Of a stretch of DNA of 64,000 nucleotides, positions 26,457 through 36,127 are shown piece after piece. The stretch comes from Candidatus Latescibacterota bacterium (GTDB lineage: Bacteria; Latescibacterota; UBA2968; UBA8231), in the NCBI GenBank assembly GCA_965203355.1, contig OZ241889.1, positions 2,208,001 through 2,272,000 on the forward strand, in the 5' to 3' direction. A program made the translations under genes and the position numbers. The notes under the pieces were generated by a model. That model had not been told where the DNA came from and did no database searches. It worked only from the letters and a program-made list of their open reading frames with translations. Within the stretch, counting starts at the first letter, position 1. The number at the start of each line of letters is the position of its first letter.

Positions 26457-29400
26457 CTACTTGAGCAGCAACATCTTCTTGATGTCGAGGAAGTCGCCGC
26501 CCGCTTGCAAGCGGTAGAAGTACATCCCGGACGACACGCTCTGGCCGCTATCGTTGGTCGCGTCCCACTCCACCGCGTAGCGACCCGCCGCCTGATGCTC
26601 GGCGACCAGCGTCCGAATCGGCTGACCCAACACGTTATACACGGTCAGCCCCACGTCCGCCGCCTGCGGCAACGCATACTGAATCGTCGTCTGCGGATTG
26701 AACGGGTTGGGATAGTTGGCTGCCAGCGAGAACACGGCCGGGCGCGTCTGCACCGAAATCGGCGCGGGCAATGCCAGCCGGTTGAAGCCCAACGCCCGGT
26801 CCCACGTCCGGTTGTCGGTGATTTCGAGGGTCGTGTGCGCGATCTCAGTCATCGGCCGGAAGACCAAGCGCAGCATCAGCTCGCCGTCGGCAACGACGTT
26901 GCCGTGCGTGGCTACCGTCAACACGCCCGCTTCGGCCAGCACCTGCGGCGGCGCCCACGCACGGAGATCGGTCCGCGCCTCGACGAAAGTTAGCTGGTCG
27001 GCGTCATAAGCCACCTGCAAGCCGTAGCCCTTGACCGCTACGAAGTCGGCCAACCGCACATCGACGATGAACTCTTCTCCCACGCTCGGCAGTTCTGTCG
27101 GCGCATCCAGATACAGCCGCGCCGCCGCATTCAGCCCGGCCCGCAACGGCACCGGCTTGCCCGCTCCGCTGTTGAACCGATCGAACAACGCGCCCAAGTC
27201 GCCAAAGTCCAGCATCGCGTTGACCGTAATCGTGAACATCAGCGAGACGCTTTCTTCGCCAGCCGTCGCCGTGTAGGTGACTTCAACGGCCCCATCGGTC
27301 GCCGCTTCCGGGGTGCCGGAAATCGTCCGGGTCGCCGCGTCAAACGCCAGCCCGGCCGGCAGACCCGACACGCTATACGTGATGGCTCCCTCGCCGCCCA
27401 ACGCCATCGGCAGTTCTAACGAGTGAATCGCCGTGCCCGCCGTATAGTTCTGGTTGGGAATTGAAGCACCATCAATAAACGCCAAGGCGATCATCATATC
27501 CTCATCGCCGTCCATATTGTCGTCCATCATGCCGCGGTCCATGTCGGTCAGCACCAGCGTCGCCGAACCCGCCATCAAGCCGGGCAGCATCGCGTTGAGG
27601 ATGATCGTCTCGTCGCCTTCGGCCAGGCCGTCGGAGACTGGATCGATCAACAGGCGCGTCGAACCCATAATCGAACCGGCGGCAATGGTAATGGTCGGAT
27701 TGAACAGCGCCGAGTAGTCCGTGTCGCGGGTGGCACTGCTCGCAGCCGCATCAATCGAAACGGAGACCGTCGCGTTCTCGGCCAACGGCTTGCCGTCTAG
27801 CGCGGCCATGACCATTACTTCCGTCAATTCGGCTGACTCGCTGATCGCGCTCGGCGTCACCGACAGCACCAAAGACGTGCTGGGCGTTTCGTCGTCGGAA
27901 ATGCGGATGTCCACCTGCGCCCAGCCGCCCGAAGCCGCCGCTCGCACCCCCAAGTGCTTATGACCGGCCGCTGAAGCATTGTCAATCGGCGACAGGAAAA
28001 GCGTCGTCGAACCCATCGTCTCGCCAGCCGCAATCGTGATCGTCCCCGCTAATGTCGCGGTGTAATCCACGTCGCGGGTGGCCATCGCGCCGCTGGCCGG
28101 CGGCACAATCGTGAAACGGACCGTCTCAGCCGCCGGAGCCGCGCCCGACAAGGTCGCCGTAACTCGGATTTCAGCCGTCTCGCCGTTCTCGCGCACGGCC
28201 GATTGCGAAGCCATCACACTGGCGACGCCAATCGTAACCGGCGCGGCGTCAGCAACCGTGATGGTGAAAGTCCGTACTCCGCCATCGCCGTCGGCATCGA
28301 TCGCCGTATAGACGACCGAGGCCATGCCCGCCAGCGTCGGCGTCCCGGAAAGCGTCCGCGTGGCCGCGTCAAACGACAGACCCAGCGGCAGGTTCGACGA
28401 AACGCTGTACGAGAGCGTTCCTTGGCCGCCCGTGGCCGCGGGCAACACCGCGCTAAACGTTTGGCCAACCGTCGCTTCAAAGGCTAACGCGGCCGTGCCG
28501 AAACTCGGCCATCCCGTGTCCGCGGGCGTCTCGGAAGAATCATCCATCATCGCCGCGTCTTTCAGCTTGATCGCCACGGGGTCGACCGCGATCTTGTCGT
28601 CGTCTTGGTTCTTGAGATTGTCCGTGAGCGGCTCGATCGTGATCGTCTCGTCGTTGTCGGCGGCTCCGTCGTTGACCGGCGTGATCGTGATCGTCGTTGA
28701 GCCGGTGATCTCGCCCGCCGGAATCGTCAGCGAGCGAAGCACCGCCGTGTAATCCACATCCCGCGTCGCGGCACCGGACGCATCCTCATCCAAGACCAAC
28801 GAGATCGTCGCATCCGCGTCGAGCCCCTTGCCGTCTAACGTGCCGGTCACCGTAACCGTCGTCTCACCCGCGTCCTCTTTGATTTCACCCGGGCTGACCG
28901 ACAGCGTGATGTTTTCGCTCAGCGTCTCATCGTCCGTGATCGTGAACGTCTGCTCGTTCATCTGAGACGTTTCGGAGCCGACTTTCGCTGTCACCGTGAA
29001 CGTCCGCGCATTATGCGAAGTGCTGTTGTCCACCGGCGTGACGCGCAGCGTCGCCGTGCCTTTCGTATCGCCGGCCGGGATCGTCAGCCCCTCAATCACT
29101 TCCACCTCGTAATGCACATCGCGCGTCCCCTCACCCGCCGTAATCTGAAAGTCCACCGCCTTCGCGCCGGTTAAAGCCGTCTCCAACTCAACGGTCATCG
29201 TAACGTCCGTCACCCCGGCGGCCTCGCGGATCGTTTTCGGACTCAGCGTAAACGCCTTGATCCGTGCCACCGCAACGTCCTCAACCGTGATGGTGCCGGG
29301 GTTGACCACAATAGGAATGACAAAAGAGTCCACACGCTTTATCGTTGCCCCATTGGCGAAGGCACTGTTAGTGAATTGCCCATCGCCGTTAAAGTCAATA

Positions 29401-30698
29401 CGGAGTTTGAGAACAGCGTTACCGTCGGCGGCAGTCGTGGCCCCTACATCAAGTAAGACGGCACTTGCTTCCGTTAGCACTTTTCCGGCGGGCACCACAT
29501 AGGTATCCAACAAATCGTCATCCTCGAAAAAGTCGATCCCCAAGTCTGCTTCTACCAAGACGGTCCCCGCCGGGATTTTGTCGGAGGTGCTAAAGTCTTC
29601 ATTCGCCCATACACTGGTGAATTTTCTCCCAAATATCTTAGTCCCCCCAAGAGTAGTAGCCTCTGTTCCAATATCCCCATCGCCGTTGAAGTCAATGCCG
29701 ATGACACCATAGGTGTTATCAACGTATTCGTTAAGCTTGACTCCGTCGTTTGTCGAATGCACATAATTATCTCCATTTAAGGTCCCTTCATGCCTTAAGT
29801 CGAACCGGACCTGCTTACCCGCGCTATTGATCCGCTTCTTGAACTCCACCAGCAGCGTATCCTTGGCCCCCAGCACGATATTGCCGTCCTTATTATTCGG
29901 ATCGACGGTGATCGTCGTCGTCGCGTCGATCTTCCGCTTTGGAATGGTCAACTTCCCCAGCCCTCGAATCGAGTAATCCACATCGCGCGTCAACGTACTG
30001 GTAGAAGCAACAACCAACTGGGTTTCAAGGTCGCGCTCCGTCCACGAGCCGCCATCCAACATCGCCGTTACTTCAATCGGAGTCGCATCCGCCTGCTTGC
30101 TGAGCTTGGACGGCGAAAAAGAGAGGTTGATCCTGGGGACGAACACATCGTCGTCAATAATATCAATATAGAAGACGCCAGTAACACCAGTCCCACTCTC
30201 CGTATAGGCCGGGGTGGTTTGGCCTTTTAAGGAGATGTCTCCAGTGGAACCCTCTACGTCAATCACGATAGGAATATTAACCCGCTTTAGAACCTTCATT
30301 GTATCAACAGTACCCGTTATGGTCAGGGTATCAACATTCGCTGAAGCATTGGTCGGGTTCGTTCCAATCCGATCATTGTTTATCGGGGTTATGGTGATCG
30401 TCCCGGTCGCCTTGCGCGCGCCCTTCTTAATCACCAAAGAGGGCAAGGATATTCTGAAGTACTCGTTGAGATAGCGGGCCGTGACACCGACAAGACTCAT
30501 CGGAAGATGAAGATCGACCTTCGCCTTCGCGTCAGCCGTTCTTAGTTCGGCTGTCACCATAATATCCTGCGCCCCTCCATCCTCGCGGACGGAACGCCGG
30601 TCAACGGATATGTCGATGTCCTCGGTCTGCGCCACAGCCTCGCCGGCCCAGCCCAACACCAAACTGGCAACCAGCAAACAACAAACGCCGTAAGTCAT
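26457..30698 (-). CDS. Large secreted/surface protein: Calx-beta-like repeats, two He_PIG Ig domains, cohesin-like domain, FlgD/T9SS-like C-terminal domain
   Basis: Signal peptide ending AVA-Q; five TRD.(D/H)Y repeats; LP.GL.FDAATRT.SGTP twice; NYPNPFNPQTTIQY...WDATND.G..VSSGMYFYRL tail. True start probably 30775, across the G-tract. Confidence 0.88.
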   Translation of the reverse strand: MTYGVCCLLVASLVLGWAGEAVAQTEDIDISVDRRSVREDGGAQDIMVTAELRTADAKAKVDLHLPMSLVGVTARYLNEYFRISLPSLVIKKGARKATGTITITPINNDRIGTNPTNASANVDTLTITGTVDTMKVLKRVNIPIVIDVEGSTGDISLKGQTTPAYTESGTGVTGVFYIDIIDDDVFVPRINLSFSPSKLSKQADATPIEVTAMLDGGSWTERDLETQLVVASTSTLTRDVDYSIRGLGKLTIPKRKIDATTTITVDPNNKDGNIVLGAKDTLLVEFKKRINSAGKQVRFDLRHEGTLNGDNYVHSTNDGVKLNEYVDNTYGVIGIDFNGDGDIGTEATTLGGTKIFGRKFTSVWANEDFSTSDKIPAGTVLVEADLGIDFFEDDDLLDTYVVPAGKVLTEASAVLLDVGATTAADGNAVLKLRIDFNGDGQFTNSAFANGATIKRVDSFVIPIVVNPGTITVEDVAVARIKAFTLSPKTIREAAGVTDVTMTVELETALTGAKAVDFQITAGEGTRDVHYEVEVIEGLTIPAGDTKGTATLRVTPVDNSTSHNARTFTVTAKVGSETSQMNEQTFTITDDETLSENITLSVSPGEIKEDAGETTVTVTGTLDGKGLDADATISLVLDEDASGAATRDVDYTAVLRSLTIPAGEITGSTTITITPVNDGAADNDETITIEPLTDNLKNQDDDKIAVDPVAIKLKDAAMMDDSSETPADTGWPSFGTAALAFEATVGQTFSAVLPAATGGQGTLSYSVSSNLPLGLSFDAATRTLSGTPTLAGMASVVYTAIDADGDGGVRTFTITVADAAPVTIGVASVMASQSAVRENGETAEIRVTATLSGAAPAAETVRFTIVPPASGAMATRDVDYTATLAGTITIAAGETMGSTTLFLSPIDNASAAGHKHLGVRAAASGGWAQVDIRISDDETPSTSLVLSVTPSAISESAELTEVMVMAALDGKPLAENATVSVSIDAAASSATRDTDYSALFNPTITIAAGSIMGSTRLLIDPVSDGLAEGDETIILNAMLPGLMAGSATLVLTDMDRGMMDDNMDGDEDMMIALAFIDGASIPNQNYTAGTAIHSLELPMALGGEGAITYSVSGLPAGLAFDAATRTISGTPEAATDGAVEVTYTATAGEESVSLMFTITVNAMLDFGDLGALFDRFNSGAGKPVPLRAGLNAAARLYLDAPTELPSVGEEFIVDVRLADFVAVKGYGLQVAYDADQLTFVEARTDLRAWAPPQVLAEAGVLTVATHGNVVADGELMLRLVFRPMTEIAHTTLEITDNRTWDRALGFNRLALPAPISVQTRPAVFSLAANYPNPFNPQTTIQYALPQAADVGLTVYNVLGQPIRTLVAEHQAAGRYAVEWDATNDSGQSVSSGMYFYRLQAGGDFLDIKKMLLLK

Positions 30699-30715
30699 TA
30701 AAAAACAACGACTTA

Positions 30716-30732
30716 CCCCCCCCCCCCCCCCC
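30716..30732 (-). repeat. G17 homopolymer in the 5' coding region (candidate slipped-strand switch)
   Basis: 17 consecutive C on + strand, between the RBS-supported ATG at 30775 and the main ORF. Confidence 0.9.
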
Positions 30733-30908
30733 GACTTTCCGAGGACTGCACGAGCAAGTTGAAATGGTTCATCATTTAGCCTCCTCTGGGCTTAGGTAAG
30801 TGAATAAATAATGAATAAAATGAATTGTGCTTGACGCAAAAGATAAAGAAAAGCCACGCTTTCGAGCAACAAAAACATGTTGAAGGGATAAAATCTTCAA
30901 ATTGCCCA

Positions 30909-32120
30909 CTACCTGGGCACCGCGGCTACGCACATGCGGTACAGCCCGCACCACAGATAGCCGACGGGAATGAGTTTAGTGCTGCGATAGGCGATGGAAG
31001 TGCCCGGCCCCCACGTGCGTTCAGGGTCAATCGGCCCATAGACCCCCGGCTCAAGGTCGAAGCAGACAAAGGGCGTCGGCAGAGCGATAAAAGCAAATAT
31101 CCACAAGAACTTAGGATTGCCTGAGTGCGCGTACAAAGCCACGAGTACGGGCTGGAGAAAGACATAGTGATGTTCCCAAACGTCTTTGTACACTAAAAAA
31201 AACGTACATATCCACAGCGCGAGTAGCGGCAGGGCATCGCGGCCCCGATAGGTGGCCACCAGTGCCGCGACGAGGATGGCCGCCTGCGAGCAATAGATGA
31301 CCGCGCGGCCCGCCAAAGGAAGATCGGCGAGGGTTGTCAGCTCGGCGAGCGGCTGCGCGGCTAGTTGGGCCACGACGCTGACTAGCCCGCCTTGCAGCCC
31401 GAGGTTGCCCGCATGGGTGAGGGCCCCTTGGACCGGGGCGCCGTAGATGTTGGCGGCGAAAAAGGCCGCCGAACTCTCGGGATGCGTCAGGAAGTAAGGC
31501 AGCGAAGTGAACAAGCCCGCTAGCAGGCCCAAAGCGAGGACGCGCCCGGCGCGAAGCCGCAAAAGCGCGGGCGCGAGGATCAAGGCGTTGGGCTTGATCA
31601 AGAGGGCCCCCGCCCAACAGAAACTGGGGCTCCATTTCCGGTCGCGGTGGACACCGACGAGGAGCCAAAAGAGCAGCGATGCCGCCCAAAAGCTGACCTG
31701 CCCCATGTAGAGTTCGAGAAAGTAAGGCGAGAACGCCAGCCACATAAACAAGGCCAAGCCCCGGCGCGGCTCTTCGACCCACCGCCAAGTCAGGTAGAGG
31801 TTGGCCGCGAGGAAAAGCTCAGTGCAGCAGAGATGCAGAAAGTATGCGGTGAGGGGCTGAAAGTGGGTGAAAAGGCGGGCGACCCAGGCAAAGGCCGGCA
31901 GATAGCGGAAGCCGAAGGCGCCCGACACGGAGTAGATGTCGCGGCCTTCGGCTAGGGCTTGGCCCGCCAAGTAGAAAACCCCGAAGTCAAAGCCGCGGCG
32001 GGTGTGGGAGGCGTCGTAGAAGAGGGGCCGGAGGAGGTCGGTGCCGAGAGCGGCGAGGAAAACGGCGTGGATTAAAAGGCCCGCTATAAGGTAGGGAACA
32101 GGCCCGCTAAAGCGCTTCAT
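30909..32120 (-). CDS. GT87/DUF2029 family polytopic glycosyltransferase
   Basis: DFGVFY, FRYLP, GQ, IKP and WEHH motifs; multiple TM helices. Confidence 0.8.
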   Translation of the reverse strand: MKRFSGPVPYLIAGLLIHAVFLAALGTDLLRPLFYDASHTRRGFDFGVFYLAGQALAEGRDIYSVSGAFGFRYLPAFAWVARLFTHFQPLTAYFLHLCCTELFLAANLYLTWRWVEEPRRGLALFMWLAFSPYFLELYMGQVSFWAASLLFWLLVGVHRDRKWSPSFCWAGALLIKPNALILAPALLRLRAGRVLALGLLAGLFTSLPYFLTHPESSAAFFAANIYGAPVQGALTHAGNLGLQGGLVSVVAQLAAQPLAELTTLADLPLAGRAVIYCSQAAILVAALVATYRGRDALPLLALWICTFFLVYKDVWEHHYVFLQPVLVALYAHSGNPKFLWIFAFIALPTPFVCFDLEPGVYGPIDPERTWGPGTSIAYRSTKLIPVGYLWCGLYRMCVAAVPR

Positions 32121-32142
32121 GCCGCCGCCAAAATACAGGCTC

Positions 32143-34017
32143 CTACTGGAGATCGCCGCGGCCGTCTTCTTGGGCGATGGAATCCTCGGCGGGCGGGCCT
32201 ATTTCCCCCTTGTCGAACCACATCTGGTACTCGCTCGGATCGGCGATAATGCGGCGCGCCTCCAACACTTGGGGATCCACGGTTACGTTGTACGCTTCGG
32301 CCGCTGGCTCCCCGAATGCTTTTTCGAGGATGTCGAAGGTCAGCCGCCAAGCGATGAGCGCTGCGCTTTCCTGCCAGTGTTGTTCCTCGATTTTGTCGAT
32401 TTCGTCGGTCAAGTGGCCAAGCGGCTTGGCGAGTTGGTTGTATTCTTCGCCTTCGGCGACCTCGTCCAATTCCTCGACTTGGGCTTCGAGTTCGCTGATG
32501 TAGTTGAACCCGCGGTTTTCTGCAAAGGTACGGAAGGCCGCTAGATCCGCTGGGCCGACGACGAAGTCTGGCGTCAAGTCTGGGTACTTGAGCCGGTGCT
32601 CGCGGGCGTAGTAGAAAAATTGGTTGTTGAGGCTGTAAAGGCCGATAAGTTGCCCGTAGAGGCGACTGCCACTGCGTCCAGATACTTCGATGTCGGGCGT
32701 GATGCCGCCGCCGCCGCGGACGATGCGCTCGAGCCGGAGGGTCTTGAACTCCTTGTCGTACCCGCGGACGAGGGTGGAATCCTTGCGCATGCGCTTGTCG
32801 ATGGAGCGACCCGAAGGCGTATGCCAGGCGGCCATGGTCAGCTTGAGCTCGGCGCGGTCGTCAATGTGGACGATCTGCTGAACCGAACCCTTGCCCACAG
32901 TCGTAGTCCCCAGCACCAGCCCGCGGTCCCAATCTTGAATGGCACCGGCGACGATCTCGGACGCCGAAGCGGACAGGTGGTTGACCATGACGATGAGGGG
33001 GGTATCGCGGAGCAGGGCGTCCTCGCTGGTCTCGTAGCGGGCTGTGTCTTTGAAGGCGCGGCCCGCGGTAAAGACCACGAGGCGGTCGCGGGGCAGGAAG
33101 AGGTCGGCGATTTGCACCGCTTCTTCGAGGTACCCGCCGCCGTTGCCGCGCAGGTCGAAAATCAGCCGCTCCATGCCTTGTTCTTCTAACTCGATGATCG
33201 CGTTGAACACCTCCCGGCTCGATCCCTTTTGGAAGCTGTCGAGCTTGATATAGCCGGTGTAGCCGGGAAAAAGGGTGGCGAGGGAGACGCTGTGCATCTG
33301 CACTTCTCGGCGCTCAATCGTCAGCTCAAAGGGAGTGGGGCGGTCGGCGCGCTCCAAGGTCAACGTTACGGAGGTGCCCGGCGCGCCGCGCATGCTGTCG
33401 GCGGCCACGCCAGCCGACATGCCCTTGGTGGAAGTGTTGTTGATCGCGGTGATGAGGTCGCCCGACTGGACGCCGGCTAAGGCCGCTGGCGTCTGATCGT
33501 GTACGAGGCTCCACACGGCAATCGCGCTGTCGGGATAGACGACTTGGATGCGAAAGCCCAGCCCCCCGTATTTGCCTTGAGTTTGGATGTTGAAATTGTC
33601 GAGGTTGCGCTTTTCCAAAAACACCGAATAGGGGTCGAGAATTTCCATCATCCCGGCGATGCCAAAGCGGATTAGCGTATCCGCAGTAACCGGATAAAAG
33701 GCCTGCTCGTCGATGGCTTGAGCCATCTGCATGAGGGTGTAGAGGCGGTGGTTTAGCTGCTTTGTCGAGTCCTCGCTATCGAGCTGGGCGCGGGCGTTGA
33801 ACGTGTATTCCGAGGATGGATCCAAGGAGTTGAATAGCCCGCGTGCGGCCGCCTGCGCTAGGGAATCGGGATGAATTTCTTCAACGTAGTACTGGTGAAT
33901 GGCTTTGGCCGTTTTCCACAACAGGGCTTTGTATTCGTCTTCAACGGAGCGCTCAGCCCGCAAGTCAGAGGCGAATGCGACGAGGGCGAGCAGCAGCGAA
34001 ATGGGCAAAGTGGACAA
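32143..34017 (-). CDS. ctpA: S41 C-terminal processing peptidase with PDZ domain
   Basis: LDPYS, YGGLG, DLRGNGGG, SASASEI.AGA.QD, GKGSVQ and TPSGR motifs. Confidence 0.92.
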   Translation of the reverse strand: MSTLPISLLLALVAFASDLRAERSVEDEYKALLWKTAKAIHQYYVEEIHPDSLAQAAARGLFNSLDPSSEYTFNARAQLDSEDSTKQLNHRLYTLMQMAQAIDEQAFYPVTADTLIRFGIAGMMEILDPYSVFLEKRNLDNFNIQTQGKYGGLGFRIQVVYPDSAIAVWSLVHDQTPAALAGVQSGDLITAINNTSTKGMSAGVAADSMRGAPGTSVTLTLERADRPTPFELTIERREVQMHSVSLATLFPGYTGYIKLDSFQKGSSREVFNAIIELEEQGMERLIFDLRGNGGGYLEEAVQIADLFLPRDRLVVFTAGRAFKDTARYETSEDALLRDTPLIVMVNHLSASASEIVAGAIQDWDRGLVLGTTTVGKGSVQQIVHIDDRAELKLTMAAWHTPSGRSIDKRMRKDSTLVRGYDKEFKTLRLERIVRGGGGITPDIEVSGRSGSRLYGQLIGLYSLNNQFFYYAREHRLKYPDLTPDFVVGPADLAAFRTFAENRGFNYISELEAQVEELDEVAEGEEYNQLAKPLGHLTDEIDKIEEQHWQESAALIAWRLTFDILEKAFGEPAAEAYNVTVDPQVLEARRIIADPSEYQMWFDKGEIGPPAEDSIAQEDGRGDLQ

Positions 34018-34104
34018 GCGACACTCCTTGGTCAGTAGGGCGCGTTGAGATGTTATTTAGCAGAAACATAACACATTACCAACGCGCCTGTACCGCGTCA
34101 AGCA

Positions 34105-34193
34105 GTGCGCCGCCTGTACGCGCGGGCTAAACGGACGTGAGCTGGGATTTCATCAAGCTGAGGACGTGCGCCGCCTGTACGCGCGGGCTAAAC
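34105..34193. repeat. 28-bp direct repeat duplicating the coaX 3' end
   Basis: GTGCGCCGCCTGTACGCGCGGGCTAAAC at 34105-34132 and 34166-34193. Confidence 0.9.
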
Positions 34194-34908
34194 CGCGCAG
34201 TACGAGGGCTGGATCGCACGTGTGGACCGCGGCGATATGAGGGTGGAGCCGGGGGCCGTCGCCGCCGGTGAGGAAGACCGCGACGGCGCTGTCTAAGGCC
34301 GCGGCCATGCGCGTGCAAAGGCCCTCGACGAGCGCGGCCGATCCGTGCAGTGCCCCCGAGCGCAGGCCATCCGCGGTGTTTTTGCCCAGCAAGGGCGTTG
34401 TGGCCGCTAGCTCGACTTGGGGTAGGAAACTGGTGCCGGCACTGAGGGCATTTAATCCGAGGCGCAGGCCCGGTGCGATTACACCGCCGCGGAAGGTGCC
34501 CTCGGCGTCAATGGCATCGACCGTTAGCGCGGTGCCGGCATCGACGACCACGACGGCTTGGCCGGCCGGAGTGGCGCGATGGGCGGCTGAGGCCGCGGCC
34601 AGGCGGTCAACGCCAATCCGCGCGGGATCGTCGTAGTCGATTTGCAGGCCCCAATCCCACATGCTGTGCGCTTGGAGGACCGGGCCGGCGGAAAAGGCGC
34701 GACAGGCGGCTGCGTATGCCGTGCCCAATTCCGCGACGACCGACCCGACGACCGCGCCCGTCGGAGGGGTTGCAAACGCTGATAGCAGGCGTTGTAGGTC
34801 GGCCTCGGCCGGGGGGGCGGTGGGGAATTTGTGGTGACAAACGGTCTCATCGCCGGCCAAAAGACCGATGTCGATGCAGGTGTTGCCGATGTCGATGGCC
34901 AAGAGCAT
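34153..34908 (-). CDS. coaX: Type III pantothenate kinase
   Basis: DIGNT, GVDR, VDAGTA.T.D, GG.I.PG, TGGD and LVLRGL motifs. Confidence 0.95.
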   Translation of the reverse strand: MLLAIDIGNTCIDIGLLAGDETVCHHKFPTAPPAEADLQRLLSAFATPPTGAVVGSVVAELGTAYAAACRAFSAGPVLQAHSMWDWGLQIDYDDPARIGVDRLAAASAAHRATPAGQAVVVVDAGTALTVDAIDAEGTFRGGVIAPGLRLGLNALSAGTSFLPQVELAATTPLLGKNTADGLRSGALHGSAALVEGLCTRMAAALDSAVAVFLTGGDGPRLHPHIAAVHTCDPALVLRGLARAYRRRTSSA

Positions 34909-35040
34909 GGGGGCATTTGACGATTGACTTTTCGTCGTGATAGCTATAATTTGGCTAGCTCAAGTCAAGCAATATCCAATACATACAATCTAACGAATAC
35001 CTCGAAATTTGCTATCAGCACCAGCAGACAGAGGAATTTT

Positions 35041-36054
35041 ATGAAAATACTAGGTAAGCGTAAAACTTTTATCGTCATTTCGCCGCGCGACGGTCAGATC
35101 CGCGAGTACGGTTTTTTGCCGCGCGCCTTGGGGCTGATTCTGCTGGGCGTGTTGGGTTTGGTCGGAGGGCTTGGTTATTATGCCTACACACAGGGGGTTC
35201 ATCAGCCGAGCGAGTACAAAGCACTGCTGGCCTTGGAACAAGAAAACAAAAGCCTCTTGCACAGCTTAGAGCAGACCCGAGCGGAAATACAGCAACTCGG
35301 GGAGGCCGTGGATCAGCTCAAGGCCACGGAAGATAGATTGCGCGCCCACCACGCGATGGAGCCACTCGCGGCCGATGGCGCGTTGGGCGGCGTCGGCGGC
35401 GTGGAAGATTTGTCCGAGGAGTTCGCGTCCTTGCCGCCGCAAAAGCACCTGATGATGCGCGAGATGGGCGTGCGCATCGACTACCTGAAGCGGATGGTCA
35501 ACCTACAGGCCGAGAGCTTTGAGGAAATCGAGCGCAAAGTCGAAGAAACAAACGTCCAATACTTGCCCACGATTTTACCGGTCCCCGAGCGGAAGACGTG
35601 GCTGTCGTCGTCCTTTGGCTGGCGCATCGATCCTTTTACCGGGCGCCGGGCCTTTCACCGGGGCGTTGATTTCGCTGGCCGCAAAGGAACGCCCATCTAC
35701 GCGACGGCGGATGGTTTTGTAAGCTATGCTGGGAAGGACAAATACCTCGGCAATACGATTATTGTGGCCCATCGAAAAAAGGAACGCGACGAACAGGGCC
35801 AGCCCTATGTGCGCGAGGGGGGCTACCAGACCGAATACGGCCACTTGGATAGAATTATGGTCAAGCAAGGGCAACAAATAAAGCGCGGGCAGCAGATCGG
35901 GACAATGGGTAGCACGGGCCGCTCGACCGGCCCGCACCTACATTACTCGGTGCGTTTGCGGGATCAAAAGTTGAGCAAACACCGAGGATACCAGAACCCA
36001 GAAAATTTTATCTTCGACAACAGTGGAGACTATATGTGGGCCGCAAGCGAATGA
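35041..36054 (+). CDS. M23 family metallopeptidase with TM and coiled coil
   Basis: HRGVD, YGHL and STGRSTGPHLHY motifs; GAGG RBS before ATG at 35041. Confidence 0.92.
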   Translation: MKILGKRKTFIVISPRDGQIREYGFLPRALGLILLGVLGLVGGLGYYAYTQGVHQPSEYKALLALEQENKSLLHSLEQTRAEIQQLGEAVDQLKATEDRLRAHHAMEPLAADGALGGVGGVEDLSEEFASLPPQKHLMMREMGVRIDYLKRMVNLQAESFEEIERKVEETNVQYLPTILPVPERKTWLSSSFGWRIDPFTGRRAFHRGVDFAGRKGTPIYATADGFVSYAGKDKYLGNTIIVAHRKKERDEQGQPYVREGGYQTEYGHLDRIMVKQGQQIKRGQQIGTMGSTGRSTGPHLHYSVRLRDQKLSKHRGYQNPENFIFDNSGDYMWAASE

Positions 36055-36078
36055 TTCAAACTTCTACCAAGCATCTAG

Positions 36079-36113
36079 AGACCGGTCCAGCAAACGCGGG
36101 CCGGTCTTTTTTT
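36079..36113 (+). terminator. Intrinsic terminator
   Basis: AGACCGGTCC...GGGCCGGTCT hairpin followed by a T-run. Confidence 0.7.
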
Positions 36114-36127
36114 GGGAGCACAACCGT

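Larger units (their letters stand above)
26107..26515. repeat. About 151-bp tandem repeat (about 2.7 copies): gene 3' end plus terminator
   Basis: CTACTTGAGC recurs at 26154, 26306 and 26457; each unit encodes an RLQA...KML.LK* tail on the minus strand. Confidence 0.92.

Noticed and set aside
26107-26515. CRISPR array or DGR template/variable repeat
   Set aside because: Units are ~151 bp with no unique spacers and no cas genes. Differences from the gene tail are not confined to adenines of one copy, and no RT or Avd is nearby.
34924-34950. Promoter TTGACT...TATAAT before the M23 gene
   Set aside because: The spacer is only 15 nt; the -10 is plausible but the pairing is not secure enough to list.
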